Part shown: positions 37,599 through 50,365 of the stretch, piece by piece
Numbering within the stretch: the first letter of the stretch is position 1
How the letters are laid out: each line of letters starts with the position of its first letter
Source: Callorhinchus milii
Lineage: Eukaryota
DNA: 64,000 nucleotides
Direction: 5' to 3'
NCBI RefSeq assembly: GCF_018977255.1
Contig: NW_024704742.1
Coordinates: 117,182,001 to 117,246,000, forward strand
The notes under the pieces: generated by a model
Database searches by the model: none
The model's input: only the letters and a program-made list of their open reading frames with translations
What the model was told of the DNA's origin: nothing
Translations under genes and position numbers: made by a program

Positions 37599-37930
37599 TG
37601 TGGAGTCCTGTAGCTCAGTGGTTAGAGCACTCGCTTTGCAAGTGAGAGATCGGAGTTCAATTCCAGGCAGAGGGTGAAACCTTGGGCGAGTTTCCTTACT
37701 CCACACAGAGCCTAATAATAATCCCTCCAAAACCAAAAACAATAATAAATTGGTCATTTTCAATCTACGACTGTTTGTGGGACATTGCTGTGCGCAATTG
37801 GCTGCCGCGTTCGCCCACAAATATACAGTCAATTCACTTTACAGTGTGTTCTGTGAAGCGCTTTGGGACGTCCTCCCGACGTGAAAAGCGCTATATCAAA
37901 TGCAAGGATTATTATTATTATTATTATTAT
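37599..37930 (+). mobile_element. Young full-length tRNA(Ala-like)-derived Deu-domain SINE
   Basis: TGTGGAGTCCTGTAGCTCAGTGGTTAGAGC head, GTTCAATTCC B box, Deu-like core, tail AGCGCTTTGGGACGTCCTCCCGACGTGAAAAGCGCT, (TTA)n. Confidence 0.92.
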
Positions 37931-38238
37931 GATGTGGCGAGCTCCAGCCATGAGTGGGTTTGCCCTCACGCACAGTGTGGCCTCTCTGCCACCAGGGACC
38001 ACTAGTGGGATGTTGCAGAGGCTGAGAGGGGCGCTGGTCTCCGCGGTGTGTAACGGGGATGCGAAGGAAGGAAGGAAGGAAGGAAGGAAAGGAGAGGAGC
38101 AGCCAGTCAGTGAGTGGGTGAGTGGGTGGGTGAGTGAGTTGGGGGTGGGAGGCAGCGCTGAGGACTCCCTCCCTCACTCCCTCCCTCCCTCCGCAGTGTG
38201 CAGTGCAGTGCTGTGCAGTGCAGTGCTGTGAGCTCAGG
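37931..38238 (+). promoter_or_regulatory. Putative IQGAP2 promoter/5'UTR: GC/CpG-enriched, with (GGAA)n, (GTGA/GTGG)n, (CCCT)n and (CAGTG)n runs
   Basis: Local rise in GC and CpG directly upstream of the start codon; TSS cannot be determined from sequence. Confidence 0.55.
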
Positions 38239-38281
38239 ATGTACGAGGAGAGCGCGGCTCAGCTCAGACCCCGCTATGGAT
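38239..38281 (+). CDS. IQGAP2: IQ motif-containing GTPase-activating protein 2, first coding exon (MYEESAAQLRPRYG+1 nt)
   Basis: ATG with A at -3 (caggATG), strong donor |gtgagt; RPRYG matches recalled IQGAP2 N-terminus MPHEELPSLQRPRYGS; phase 1 joins exon 2 to give TCT (Ser). Confidence 0.9.
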
Positions 38282-38304
38282 GTGAGTAATTCAGTAACAC
38301 TTTC

Positions 38305-39030
38305 GAGTGAGTGAGTGAGTGAGTGAGTGAGAGAGAGAGAGAGAGAGTGAGTTGATTGCACCGAAGGCTACATTTTGCACAGAGGGGTTACTTTATATCA
38401 AGAAACACGCGGATCCCCACAAACTGCAACAGTTTTGTAACACAAAATAAACACCAAACCCAAAGCCAATCTCTCTCTCCTCTCTCTCTCTCACTCACTC
38501 ACTCTCTCTCTCTCTCTCACTCTGTCTCTCTCTCTCTCACTGACTGTCTCGGGCTCTTGATGCACAAACACATCAGAGGTTATTTTTTTCTCTCTCTCTC
38601 TCGACGTCTTTGCAAACTCTTTGCACCTCAGAGGTTATTTTTTTCTCTCTCTCTCTCTCGACGTCTTTGCAAACTCTTTTGCACCTCAGAGGTTATTTTT
38701 TTCTCTCTCTCTCTCGACGTCTTTGCAAACTCTTTTGCACCTCAGGTGTTTTTTTTTCTCTCCCGTGCAAATCGGGTCTCTTTTTTTTCGTGTCGTGAGG
38801 TTTCCGGTTTCCGCTGAAATCCTCTTTTCGTTTCAAAAAAAAAGTGGGTTTTTTTTTTATTTTTGGGGGTGTGTGTGTGTTTTTTTTTGAAAAAAAATGA
38901 AGCCACCGGTTGCTCACCTGAGGGTGAGGCTCTCTCTCTCTCTCTGTGTGTGTGTGTCACTCTCTCTCTCTCTCTCTGTGTGTCACTCTCTCTGTCTGTC
39001 TCTCTGTCTGTCTCTGTCTGTCTGTCTGTG
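38305..39030. repeat. Simple-repeat cluster at start of IQGAP2 intron 1: (GAGT)n, (GA)n, (TC)n, (TG)n, (TCTG)n
   Basis: Directly visible microsatellites. Confidence 0.9.
38573..38745 (+). repeat. Three tandem copies of a ~55-58 bp unit (tcagaggttattttttt(ct)n cgacgtctttgcaaactctt(t)tgcacc)
   Basis: Units start at ~38573, ~38628, ~38686 and differ only in homopolymer/(CT) length. Confidence 0.9.
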
Positions 39031-39419
39031 TTGCTGTCTGGTAATTCAGGGGGTAATTTATCTATTTCTGGGTTTTTTTTTGGGGTGGGGGTGAAAGAAA
39101 AGTTTCTTGGTCAAAATATGTGAACTTCCAGCAAGAGTTGTGAGTGTCAAAAGTGTTGCAACCTCCTCCCTCCCTCCCTCCCTCCCTCCCTCTCTGCGGT
39201 TGCGGGGAATTGGGTCAGACGGAGCGGGAGCTGGCGAGCAGCGTGTGGCCGGATTGCAGGTTCCTGTGGGTCAGATGCAGATCACAGGTCCGCTTTCCCC
39301 CCACAGAGCCGGGCAGGGTCACAGGCTCCTCTTAAAGGCGGACTTACAAGACCTTCAACCTAAAATACCCACCGCAACGTGTGCTGTTGAAGAGGGAGGG
39401 GTGGGGGTACATTCAAAAC

Positions 39420-39632
39420 AAATCTATAGAACTGGCTTCCCGAGGGAGGCGGTGGAAGCAGAAAGTGTTGATTCTTTCGAGAACGAATTGGATAGATTTC
39501 TGTTAGGTAATAACATCTTGGGATACGGTATATAGTTTGGGACATAACATGTGCACAAGACTATCGGGATGGTGGAAGGCGAACTGAAAAGACCTTGGTC
39601 TTCTTTCGTCTAGCGATTCTTATGTTATGATC
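39420..39632 (+). mobile_element. CR1 3' end (same family as 48790-50365)
   Basis: PREAVEAESVDSFENELDRFLLGNNILGYGI; ttcttatgttatg terminus. Confidence 0.85.
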
Positions 39633-40889
39633 TAATTTACTAACAACAAACTCTCCAGATCGTTGCAGTCTTGTTATGTTTCCTGGTGGTTCAGGTTCAT
39701 AACTGAAGCTTGTGCGCAATGATCTCGGGAAACCGTTTAAATGAGCATTTTTTTTATATGCACAGTCACATTATTTATTTATGATTATTTTTCAAAAAGA
39801 AAGATTGTGCTTAAGTGATTGTCAGTTGTCTGGGGAAAATGCATCAATAAAACCGTATGTTCTCCATTTGTACATGCACCTCAAGGGTTAATTGAGAAAT
39901 CCGCAGCTCTTAGGTGATCCTCTTAAGCAAAGCTATTTGTTTTGCTGGTTATATAAAACTTTGCATTTTTGAAACTATTTGGTTTGAAAACCTTAGACTA
40001 TAATCCCAGTTTCCAGCCTGCACAAGACACACCACTCAGACTACTTTTTTTCAGTATTTATCAAATTGTGGAAAGATTACTAATACAAATTTAAAAGGTC
40101 TAGTCAAGAAGTGGAAGCTTTCACACAAATAATGGGCTGGTGGTTTTATCTGTGGGCACAAAGAATTGGAGATGCTGTAATTTGCTGCTCTGCTCCAGCC
40201 TCAATATAGCAGTTAAAAAGCAGGTGTACATTTTTATTAATAATTTATGGAGTTCAGATTATGAATTATAGATTTTCAAAAGCTCTTGGAAGCTGTAATG
40301 CATTTTTTCCCAGTAGGCAAAACTTCACATCAGAATAGTATGTGTGTGACAAATGCATTATGACCATTGTTTCATTTGAGCTTAAGAAATTTAAGGAGAG
40401 AGTCAACAAATTTTAGACTGTAGGATCAGTCAGTCAGGTCAGGATTTTGTATGTCCTGCACACAATATTAGGACAGAAGTTTGTACTAAAATTAACACAT
40501 TTGAAATAAAATAATAAATATTTCAGTTGAATGAATTGCAAGACCTGGAGTCCTGTAGCTCAGCAGTTAGCGCACTCGCCTCGCAAGAGAGAGACCTGGG
40601 CTTGATTCCTGCCCTTTTTTGTGAAAGGAGCTATACAAATGTAATCTTGTTGTTGTTATTGTTTACCTAGCAGTAATTAGGAACCCGATTGTTAGTCGAT
40701 TGGCAGATTGCTTTTCCGGGGGTAATAATTCATCTTGACCACCTCTGTTCTGCTCAGAATAAAATCTGTTAATGAGGGTGGTAATTGACACCCAGAAAAC
40801 TCCAGCCTAGAACAATTCTGAACCTCAAACACTGATCAGTATTGACCATGGATTCATCCGCAGAGCTAATGTATGTTGAAAGTCGGTGT

Positions 40890-41190
40890 AACAACAACTT
40901 GCACTTATATAGCATCCTCCACGCAGTGTAGTGTCTCAGAGCGCTTAACAGGGGCGGAGCCTGACTCCACTCCTGGGGGAGGGAGGTAGGTGGCCGTAAG
41001 CACTGTCGAAGAGAAGAGTTTTCAGGCGCGACTTGAAAAAGGGGAGAGAAGGGGCAAGGCGGAGGGATTGAGAGAGAGTGTTCCAAAGTTTCGGGGCGCA
41101 GTGGCTGAAAGCGCGACCTCCGATGGTGGGCGGAGAGTGCGAGGAACTAGCAGGAGGCCGGTGCCAGTCGAGCAGAGGCGCCGGGAGGTG
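40890..41190 (-). mobile_element. L2 3' fragment
   Basis: (CAA)n + tail hairpin variant + ORF2 C-terminal region. Confidence 0.8.
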
Positions 41191-41489
41191 GCTTGTTAAA
41201 TGTGTTTCAACAAATGTATGGGGTAGTGAGTCTACTGAAGGCTCATGTGAATATGGATAAATCCTATGATGTCACAAAAGTCAACATTTCCTGGTGCTTT
41301 GAGCATTCGGCCGTGGTTTGTAGAATGGCTAAATAAATTAACAGAGCACATCCGTTTCAACCAAGTTTGGCCTCATGACTTATGCTGCAATTCTGACTCA
41401 CAGTTCATTTTGGTACCATACTGAGGAAAAAGATTGTGATGCCACTGGAACAGGTGTGTTTCTCACTATTTTTCAGGCAATTATTTTCA

Positions 41490-42130
41490 ACAATAACAAC
41501 TTACATTTGTAAAGTGCCCTTCACGTGGGGTAGTGTCTCGGAGCGTTTAAGTGTCAGAGGCTGATGCTGAGCCAGGGGGGCTTAGGTGATCGTAAGCACA
41601 GTCGAAGAGGAAGGTCTTCGGGTGTGATCTGAAAAAAGGGAAGAAGGGGGCAAGGCAGAGAGATTAAGGGAGAGAGTTCGAATGTTTCAGGGGTGCAGTG
41701 GCTGAAAGCATGACCACCAATAGTGGAGTAGAAGGGATGAAGGACAAGAATGAGGCTGGAGCCAGCCGAGCAGAGGCAGTGGGTGGTGAAGTGGGAAGTA
41801 AGCAGGTTGGAGAGAAAGGAAGATGCAAGGGTGTGAGGGGATTTGTAGACGAGTGTGAGTAATCTTGAAGTCGATCCGTTATGTGAAAGGGAGCTGGTAG
41901 AGCCTAGTGATGACTGGTGTGATGGGGGTACGGAATTTAGCCTGGGTGATTATATGGGTGACGGAGTTCTGGATTTTATGAATAGTGGAGCTGGGGAGAC
42001 CAGCGAGGAGGGTATTTGAATTTGAGGATACAGGTTCAATAGGTCTTGGGGAAAGGCCGGATAGGTTGAGGAGGTCAGAGCCGCAGAAGAGAAGATGTTG
42101 ATGGGAGCCAATGAGTATGGCCAATTTGAG
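41490..42130 (-). mobile_element. L2 3' fragment
   Basis: NSNTLLAGLP...IQNS...LYQLP motifs; tail. Confidence 0.8.
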
Positions 42131-42136
42131 CCAATT

Positions 42137-42447
42137 TGTAGAGTCCTGTAGTTCAGTGGTTAGAGCACTCGTTTTGCAAGCGAGAGACCTGGGTTCGATT
42201 CCCAGGAGGGTGAAATCTTGGGCAAGTTTCCTTACTCCACGCACCTGATAATAATCCCTAAAAAAACAATAATAAATTGGTTCATTTCAATCCGCCACTG
42301 TTTGTGGGACAGTGCTATGCGCAACTGGCTGCCGCATTTCGCCCACAAAATATACAGTCAATTTACTTTACAGTGTGTTCTGTGAAGCGCTTTGAGATGT
42401 CTAGAAGATGTGAAAAGTGCTAAATCAAATGCAAAGATTATTATTAT
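42137..42447 (+). mobile_element. Full-length tRNA-derived Deu-domain SINE
   Basis: Matches the 37599-37930 copy along its length, with the older tail variant. Confidence 0.88.
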
Positions 42448-43479
42448 GGCGTTCAGCTTCAGGAAGTTTACACCTTAACTGCAGTTGTTGATATATCCAA
42501 ATATGCATTGGTAAATATAGACTTCAAAAGAAGTTACAAGAACCTGACGGTGCTCGAAATGTATACTGCACTGAAGTAAGCGTGTGGTTTTCAGTAGGCA
42601 GAATGTGGTTTCTCCTCATTTCTCTGGGCACAGTTTCTAAGAATCATATCCCTACTGCTTTGTACAAATGTTTTCCTGTGAATTATTCATTTATCTATTA
42701 GAATTCTGTTAGATGCTCAGTCATATAAACCAGGAAAATCACAGATTTTGTTCTTGGTCCATGCTGAGTTGGCAGGTTTCAGTGGGGCCCAGCAGGGGTA
42801 TTGTATTTAAGCCTCTGTGACTCTGGCTCAGAAGGTGAAAACAACTCTGGATTCCTTTTGATCGCTATCCAGTGAGTTGTGCTGGAAAATGTATTTGTGT
42901 GTATTTTAGGTGAAAACAAGACTGGCCCTGGCTGTGATACTTCTGATCCCCAGGTTTAATTGGGATTATTGGAGCTGATCATCAGGGATGTGTATATTTT
43001 GTGTTTGATATGTAATAATAATAAATAATAATCTTTGCATTTGATAAGGTGCCTTATCACATCCTTGAGATGTCTCAAAGCGCTTCACGAAGTACATTGT
43101 AAAAAGTGCATTGACTGTAGTTTGTGGGCAATTTTGTGTATTTTATATTTCCCACAAATTCAAACATCTAGTGCTTCACATGCTTTATGAGATTCACAAC
43201 TGTTGGAAAATATTTTCAATCTTATTTCATGATTCTCATCCATTTAACGCTCCGAGACGCCGTCTGGGATGGAGGGCGCTATATAAATCCAAGTTGTTGT
43301 TGTGTTAGTGCTAGAAAGCATGTAAATGTAAAATGATAAAATCTTCAAAACTTCATAAGCACTTCCTGGTGATATGTGACATAGGTTAGCTGCAGGGTGC
43401 AGCTTCCTCTACACTGTTTCTGATGTATTTTACAAGTTACTAACTCTCAACTAACAGCACTTGTGCGGAACCATGGGCT

Positions 43480-44115
43480 TTTGTTGCTATCCTCGACTCT
43501 CCTTTAAACCTTTCATCTGTACTGTGACCAAGTCTGCTTTCCTCCATTCTCTGCAACATTGTCTGCTTCTGTCGTTACCTGGACCTTAATGTAGCCAAGT
43601 TAATTTGCCCAATGATATTTTGTTGGCCTTCCCAGCTACACACTCCACAAACTTCACATTATCCAGAACTCTACAGGCTCCTCAATCCCGTCACCCACAT
43701 TGTTGTCTGGCTCCACTTCCCCCTGTTGATCTACCTTAAGATCCTCTTTGTTGCCTTTAAATGCCTCCACAGCCTTACACCACCAAAGCCTCCTTGATCT
43801 ATGGGGATGCTATTTCCCTGGTCACAACCTCCGCTCCACCAACTCTGCCCTATAACTCCTACCAGCTCTACTCTGCTCCACCATCAAATGGTGACCTTTT
43901 AAACACATTGCCCCAGCCTCCAGAACTCACTTTGACATCCCTCCATTTTGCCCCCTTTCTGCTTTCAAAACCTGTTCAAAGACATTGTTGGCCATTTCCC
44001 CTCCTCCCTCCCTCCTAAACCTCAGATTCCCATTTCATCTTTGTAAAGCACTTTGAGACTTTCTGTCTGCATGAAAGGTGCTATATGTACTTTATAAGTC
44101 AAATTTGTTGTTATT
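43480..44115 (+). mobile_element. Highly decayed L2 3' fragment
   Basis: LHFP...LKIL-like motif and tail. Confidence 0.65.
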
Positions 44116-46297
44116 GGTTCCTTTGTATTTGCTTAAGTTCTGCTATATATTGGGAAGTTTTGGGTTGTGAAAAAGTTGAAATTGGCTAAATTTTGTACTA
44201 GCCCTTGAGTATTCAAGGTAACTTTGGATTCCAATCCCCGCTGAAAGAAAGTACATAGTTCATTTGTTCAAGCCCACAGGTAAATAAATAAGTTGTCATC
44301 CAAGCTGGGGGAGAAAAATGAGAATAGTGTACCTTTAAGAAAGATAACTTAATAATCAAAATAATACTTGTTTTATACATTGCAGGGTTTTACTATAAAG
44401 TATAGTGAATGTATCCTGCCCCTGAATGCAATACAGAGATTTAACACACAGCATTGTCCCACAAACAGCCATGAAGTGAATGACCAAACTTGCATTTTTA
44501 TCAAGTCATAATTTCTTGAACCATTTTACAGTCAGTGCTGTCAGATGTAGTTACTGTTTGATGACCTCCTATTTACATCCTGCCCTCTCTGTGTTAGCTC
44601 AATTGGTTGAAACTGGAACTTGTAGGAAGTGTGATGACCTTTGCCGATTCCCATTGCTCTCTGGTCCTGGAGTTTGTTACTCACACTTGCATGAACTCTG
44701 CTCAAACTTCGAAGTTCCTGCGGCTCAGCACAAAATACCTCTGGTTACTGGTGGGAATTCCTGGTTGGGACTCAGTCATTATGAAGGACTGCTGTTACAA
44801 ATTGCTGCATGTTAGACCACAGTGTCCACCAATGACCTAAAGTTTCTAGAATTGTACAGCCTGTGCCAAGTTCAGTGAGAGGGCCTATTGGGAACTGTGT
44901 GATCACTACAAAGAAATCTTTGCCTTCCCTTGATCCTCCAGGCAGAGAGTTCCTAAGTTCCAGCTCATTGAAGAGATAGAACCAAGTCCAGGCCAGATGG
45001 AGGACTGAAGACTGCTTGCTTGAGTGGACTAAAACAGTCCCAACAACTCGGCTCTGGTCATGTTGGGTTCCAGATTGAGTTTCAATATTAGTTTGTATCG
45101 GGCAACGTGGGAAACTTAATCTTCTGCAATTTAAACCATAGGATCACATGACCTCAGGTCTCTGTGGTCAATCTGGTGTGTATTGGCGTTGGAGCATTCA
45201 TTACAAGTCTGAATTTCTGAAGTGATTTTGACTTGTGCTATTGCAGTCAGTGTGGCATCAGCTACTGTACACGTGGGAAACAACAACAATTTGCACTTAT
45301 ATAGCGCACTTCACATGGAGCAGCATCTCGGAGCACTTAACAGTGGCGGAGCCTAGCGGTGAGATGGGTGGTGGTGACCGTAAGCACAGATGAAAAGGGA
45401 GGTCTTCAGTCATGATCTCAAAGAGGGAATGGAGGAAGGCAAAGTGAAGGGATTGGGGGAGAAAGTTCCAAAGCTTTAGGGTGTAGTGGCTGAAAGCAAG
45501 CCCACAGATGGTGGAGCGGAGGGGAAAAAGCTCTGAGCAAGAGTGAATGTTTTTCTATTGGAAGAGCTCGAGTTAACCTTGATCAGTGGTCGCTCCCAAT
45601 GACATCGCTGTTCTTGAAGAAATAAATGCCCTTTGAAGCGTTCTCATCAAAGCCTCAATTGTATTTCCTCAGTCATGTTTTAAGACTTGTCAGAGTGTGC
45701 TTACACAATCCCAAACCGAAACACAAATGGAACACCAACTGGATAGAGACCTGGACCTCAAAAACATTAAGGGCTTATGGGGAAATAGTTGAAAGATGGA
45801 TTTAATCAATTAAGGGGTGATTTAGCAAATTGTGTAGTAATAATGAAACTTGCATTTGGTATATAAATTTGTCACTTCAATCCATAACTGTTTGTGGGAC
45901 ACTGCTGTGCACAATTGGCTATCACATTTCACTCACAAAATATACAGTCAATTCACTTTACAATATATTCTGTAAAGCGCTTTCAGAGGTCTCGGAGACA
46001 TGATAAGGTGCTATATCAAATACAAGGATTATAGTCTAATCAACCTCATCAAGATGTCTCAAAGCGCTTCAGAGGATTTTACTGTGAATTGTAATGACTG
46101 TATTTGTATGCAAAGAAAGTAGTGGTGCAGCCTCGAAGGGCTGAATGGCCTCCTTTCATGCTGAAAATTTGTTTTCTGTGCAGCTTCTGGGTGTCTCACT
46201 GAATTGACAAAAAAATGTTGTCATTTGAGTCAGCTGAGACAAGTAAGTAGATTGTGTAAATCTGATGTAACCAATACCTATTCTTAAAAGGAGCTGA

Positions 46298-46732
46298 TGT
46301 CAGGCTGGCTTAGTTGATAGCATTCACCCCTCTGAGTCAGAAGGTTACGGGTTCACCCACACATCAGGACTTTGAACTCACATAGTTTAGGCTGACATTC
46401 CAATGCAGTGCTGGGAGTTGCTGCATTATTGGAGATGTTGTCCTTCAATTGAGATGTTAAGCCAAGATCCCCGTTTGCCTGTTTAACGCAACATTAAAGA
46501 TCCCATGGCACTATTGGAAAAGAAAAGGAAGTGTCTCCATTGCCCTGACCAACAATCTCTCAAATAAAATTTGACATTCATTGACATTTGACATTCACTG
46601 TTTGTAAATTGGCTTCCGTATTGGCTTGCAGAATGCACAGTTGCTGCACTTTACAGTATATTCTGTGAAGCACTTTGAGATGCCCTCCTGAGGTGAAAGG
46701 CACTATATCAAATGCAATTCTTGTTATTGTTA
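46298..46732 (+). mobile_element. Old SacSINE1-like Deu SINE, near full length
   Basis: ctctgagtcagaaggtt head, ttaaagatcccatggcactatt Deu motif, L2-type tail. Confidence 0.75.
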
Positions 46733-48789
46733 AAATGAGGAATCACCTTATGGTATTCAATCAAATGAAATGTGATTGCTGCTTTGCCTCTAAACTTGGT
46801 TGTTTATAGTCCTATTCATTCTGTCATTTAACTAGTAAAGGAAAGCAGTTTTATATGGAAAACATACATATGAAATGTAAATAAGATTCTGATTGCACCT
46901 GGAACAGATCCATTTGTTCAGTTTTTACGTTGAGATAACCATTTTTGATCTAACATTTTTTAGGATCAGCAAATGCCACGACTGTCGATCAAGGCTAACT
47001 AAAAATTGTTTTAACTTGAAGAGAGATTGCGAGGGAATATAATAATTTTGAAGGAGTTTCACACGGTAAAATTGGGGTGGAGGAATATTGCATCAACTCT
47101 TTGCATGGTTTCTGGCAAAGTGGCAAAACATCATCTCTATGAGACCCATGGAAAGAGTCCACTGGCAATTGGTGTCTCCCAACTGTACTTCTGAAAAGAA
47201 TGGAACAATGTTACACATATTGGTCAACATTATCTTTCAGATCCTTTCAGGGTTGTCCAGAAGATGTAATGTATGCTCTGCTGGACACAATCTGCTGACA
47301 CTGAGTTAATGGATAAGCTTGCTGAGCCATTCAGTGTCAATGAAGATTTAATTGATTTGCGGAATTCACAGCCCGTTAGTTACGAATCCCAATTTGGCAA
47401 CGTTTGAGAAGATGCCAGCAAACAAAATTCCAGCCAGAAACTGCTCCCCAGCCTTTCCCAATTTGGCTCACCCACTGGAATTTGCAAATGGGAAGTTGCA
47501 ATTAATACAACAAATCGGATACATGAATATCGTACGTTGTAACTCATTGTACTCGAGTCCTAGAATTTCTCAGTTTTATCCTTAAGATCATTGTCTGAAC
47601 ACTTCATCACTATTGCCAGTCGGATCTTCAGCCTTTTTGTGCTCACACCCTTTGGAACTTCCTCCCTGAGCCCCTCCGCTCACCCCTTCCCTTATTTCCT
47701 TTAAGCTCATCTCGAGATCTTCCTTTTCGACCGTGCCTTCGACCATCTTCCCTCCTCCAGCATGCTGCCCTCCACATCTCTCTGATCCCAACTTGCAGCT
47801 CGGGTACAAACCCTTATTGTCATCCTCCACTTTGCAAACACAATTTGCTGTTGTTATTTAAAATTGTGTGAGTTTTGGAAAAGTCTTGAATTCAGCAGTC
47901 ATTCTGAAACCAGTATATTGCAGTTCCTTTTTTTAAAAATAAAATAACTTTTCACAATTTAGCACCATCTTAAATTTTAGTATAAATTGTCTTGAGATAA
48001 AGGCCAGAGAATTTCAGGATTCACAGCTGGAGAACTGAGTGCGTGTCCATGAATGCCCACACTGTGATTCTGCAACTTTAACCAGACCAGCTCTGGGAGG
48101 CATAGAGTCAAAATCCCTTGTACAGATCCGAGCATACTGGAAAGCAGCAGTGGGCAGAAGTCAATGGTCAGTTTCTTGGGGAGGTGACTGAGATCTGGGA
48201 GGGGGCAATGGAAGACTACAACCCTACCATTTCTAGAGAATACCAAATGGGATAAGATGAGGAGGGAGTTAAAGATGAGTCCTGTTATGCTACTGAAGTG
48301 TATCATGCAGCCAAAATCCAAGGCTTCTGGATCTGCCGAATGAAATGACAGGTCACAATTATTTATATTCCTCTATGCAGCTGGCTCCATTTGTCAGGGG
48401 TAGCACAGCATTCATCTCTGCTGCACAACATTAAATTACCTCTATAAATATGCTGCCTTGATTCAGTTTCATAAGAAGCAAGTCAGTTAGATTAAAAGAC
48501 CCATTCTTTGAACATGTTTGATTCGGCCATTGTGCATTTTCTTCCACTGTGCTTCTGTTCTCCATTGCACCATCTGAGTACAGTATCTCATGTCCTGTCA
48601 GGTTGGTTCCATCTCCTGATTGGCAATTCCTTGGCTGTGAATTTGCACAACACTAATAGACCCTACTAATAGCCAAATATTATCACAGATTGGGAATAGT
48701 CCACTGGCATTCTCAAAAGTGCAGCCTAATTCTCAACTAAAGTATTCCTGAAATCTCATCTGTGTTCCTAAAACTTGGGTTTATGTGTC

Positions 48790-50365
48790 TGTGCAGATCA
48801 CTACACCAACATCCATCTAGTTTGCCTTCCACCTTCCTGGCGGTCGCATGCACATATGTCTCAAACTATATACCGTGTCCCATAATGTTATTTCCTAAAA
48901 GAAAACTATCTAATCTGTGTTTGAAAGAATCAACATTTCCTGCTTCAACCGTCTCCCTCGGGAGCCTGTTCCACAGGTTTGCTGTTCGCTCGCTGAAATA
49001 GCATTTGAGTAGATTCGTTCTGAATTTACTCCCCTTCAATCGCAGGCCGTACCCTCTGGTTTTACTATTCTGGACAAGTTGAAACAGCCTGTCATGATCT
49101 ATATTGTTGAGCCCCTTTAGAGTCTTAAAGACAGCAATCATATTGCTTCTCAATCTTCTCTTTTCCAGTGTGAACATGCCCAATTTACTAAGTCGCTCCT
49201 CATCATCCAGTCCTTCCATTCCCTCAATCATTTTGGTTGCCCTCCTCTGTATCTTTTCGATTTCTCCAATATCCTTTTTGTACTGCAGTGATCAGAACCG
49301 TACACAGTACTCTCTACAGTCTCACCAATGATTTATACAGTGGCAGGAATACCCCACTATTTCGGCTTGCTATTGATCTTTTCTATCCCAACATCTGGTT
49401 TGCTTTACTCACTGATACAGAGCATTGTTAGGAGAGCTTCAATTTATTGTCAGTTAGGACCCTCAGGTCCTTTTCATTTTCCATACATATTATTTTCCTT
49501 CCATTCAAATAATAGTCCCTTCCAGGACTTTTTATCCCCATGTGGAGTACTTTACATTTCTCCACATTAAATTTCATCTGCCACCGATCTGCCCAATTCC
49601 CAAGTATGTTCAAATCCTCCTGTAACCTATCTTTTGAGCTGTTCAATCTTCTACCTTCATTAGCTTGGTGTCATCTGCAAACGTAGCCACTGTGCTTGGG
49701 ACTCCTAGTTCCAGATCATTTATAAAAATATTAAACAAACGCGATCCCAAAACAGACGCTTATGGAACTCCATGGTAACACTTCACTGGTAACACTTTTC
49801 CAGTCTGATGACATTCCCTGTACCACTACCCTCTGGGTTCTTCTAGTCAACCAGTTATGTATCCATTGTATTATACCTCCACTGATTCCCGCATTTTTTA
49901 CTTTCTGTACCAACCTCTCGAGGAACTGTATGAAAGGCTTTACTGAAATCCAGATATACAACATCCACAGCCTTAGTCTTACCAAGCTTCCTTGTCACAC
50001 CATCAAAGAAAAGCAGTAAATTAGATTTGCAGGACCTTCCCTTCATGAACCCAAATTGGCTGTCATTTATGATTTGATTTCTGTCCAGAATCTCCATGAT
50101 TTTATCCTTAAGAGTCTCCATAAGTTTACCCACAATGGATGTCAAACATTCTGGTCTAGTTTCCTGGGTCACTTTTGTTACCTGTCTTAAAAATAGGAGT
50201 AATATCTGCCTTTCTCCAGTCTCCCGGCACCTCTTCACTATTCAGTGATTTTTGAAAGATTTGTGCCAGCATTTCTGCGACTTCCTCCCATAACTCCTTA
50301 AGGATCCTCGGATGCAATTTATCCGGCCCCTGAGATTTATCCGGCCCCTGACACTTGTTTGACTG
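48790..50365 (-). mobile_element. CR1-clade LINE fragment (RT domain to 3' end), frameshifted
   Basis: GPDKLHPRILKEL, VPGDWRKA, QFGFMKGRSC, YLDFSKAF, WQMKFNVEKCKVLH, LEKRRLR, NLWNRLP. Confidence 0.92.

Noticed and set aside
37604..37676. tRNA-Ala gene-like sequences (also ~8300-8370, 42142, 60932)
   Set aside because: Each is fused to the SINE body and tail and carries copy-specific mutations; they are SINE heads, not tRNA genes
38573..38745. CRISPR-like repeat array
   Set aside because: No unique spacers, no cas genes, eukaryotic intronic context
38356..39123. Several overlapping 60-150 aa ORFs rich in SLSL/FFF
   Set aside because: Translations of microsatellites and the tandem repeat in IQGAP2 intron 1
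44480..45250. Unique-looking intronic stretch with 77-111 aa ORFs (also 47088-47585, 47977-48321)
   Set aside because: No recognisable protein motif or convincing splice-site pair; cannot support an exon or nested gene
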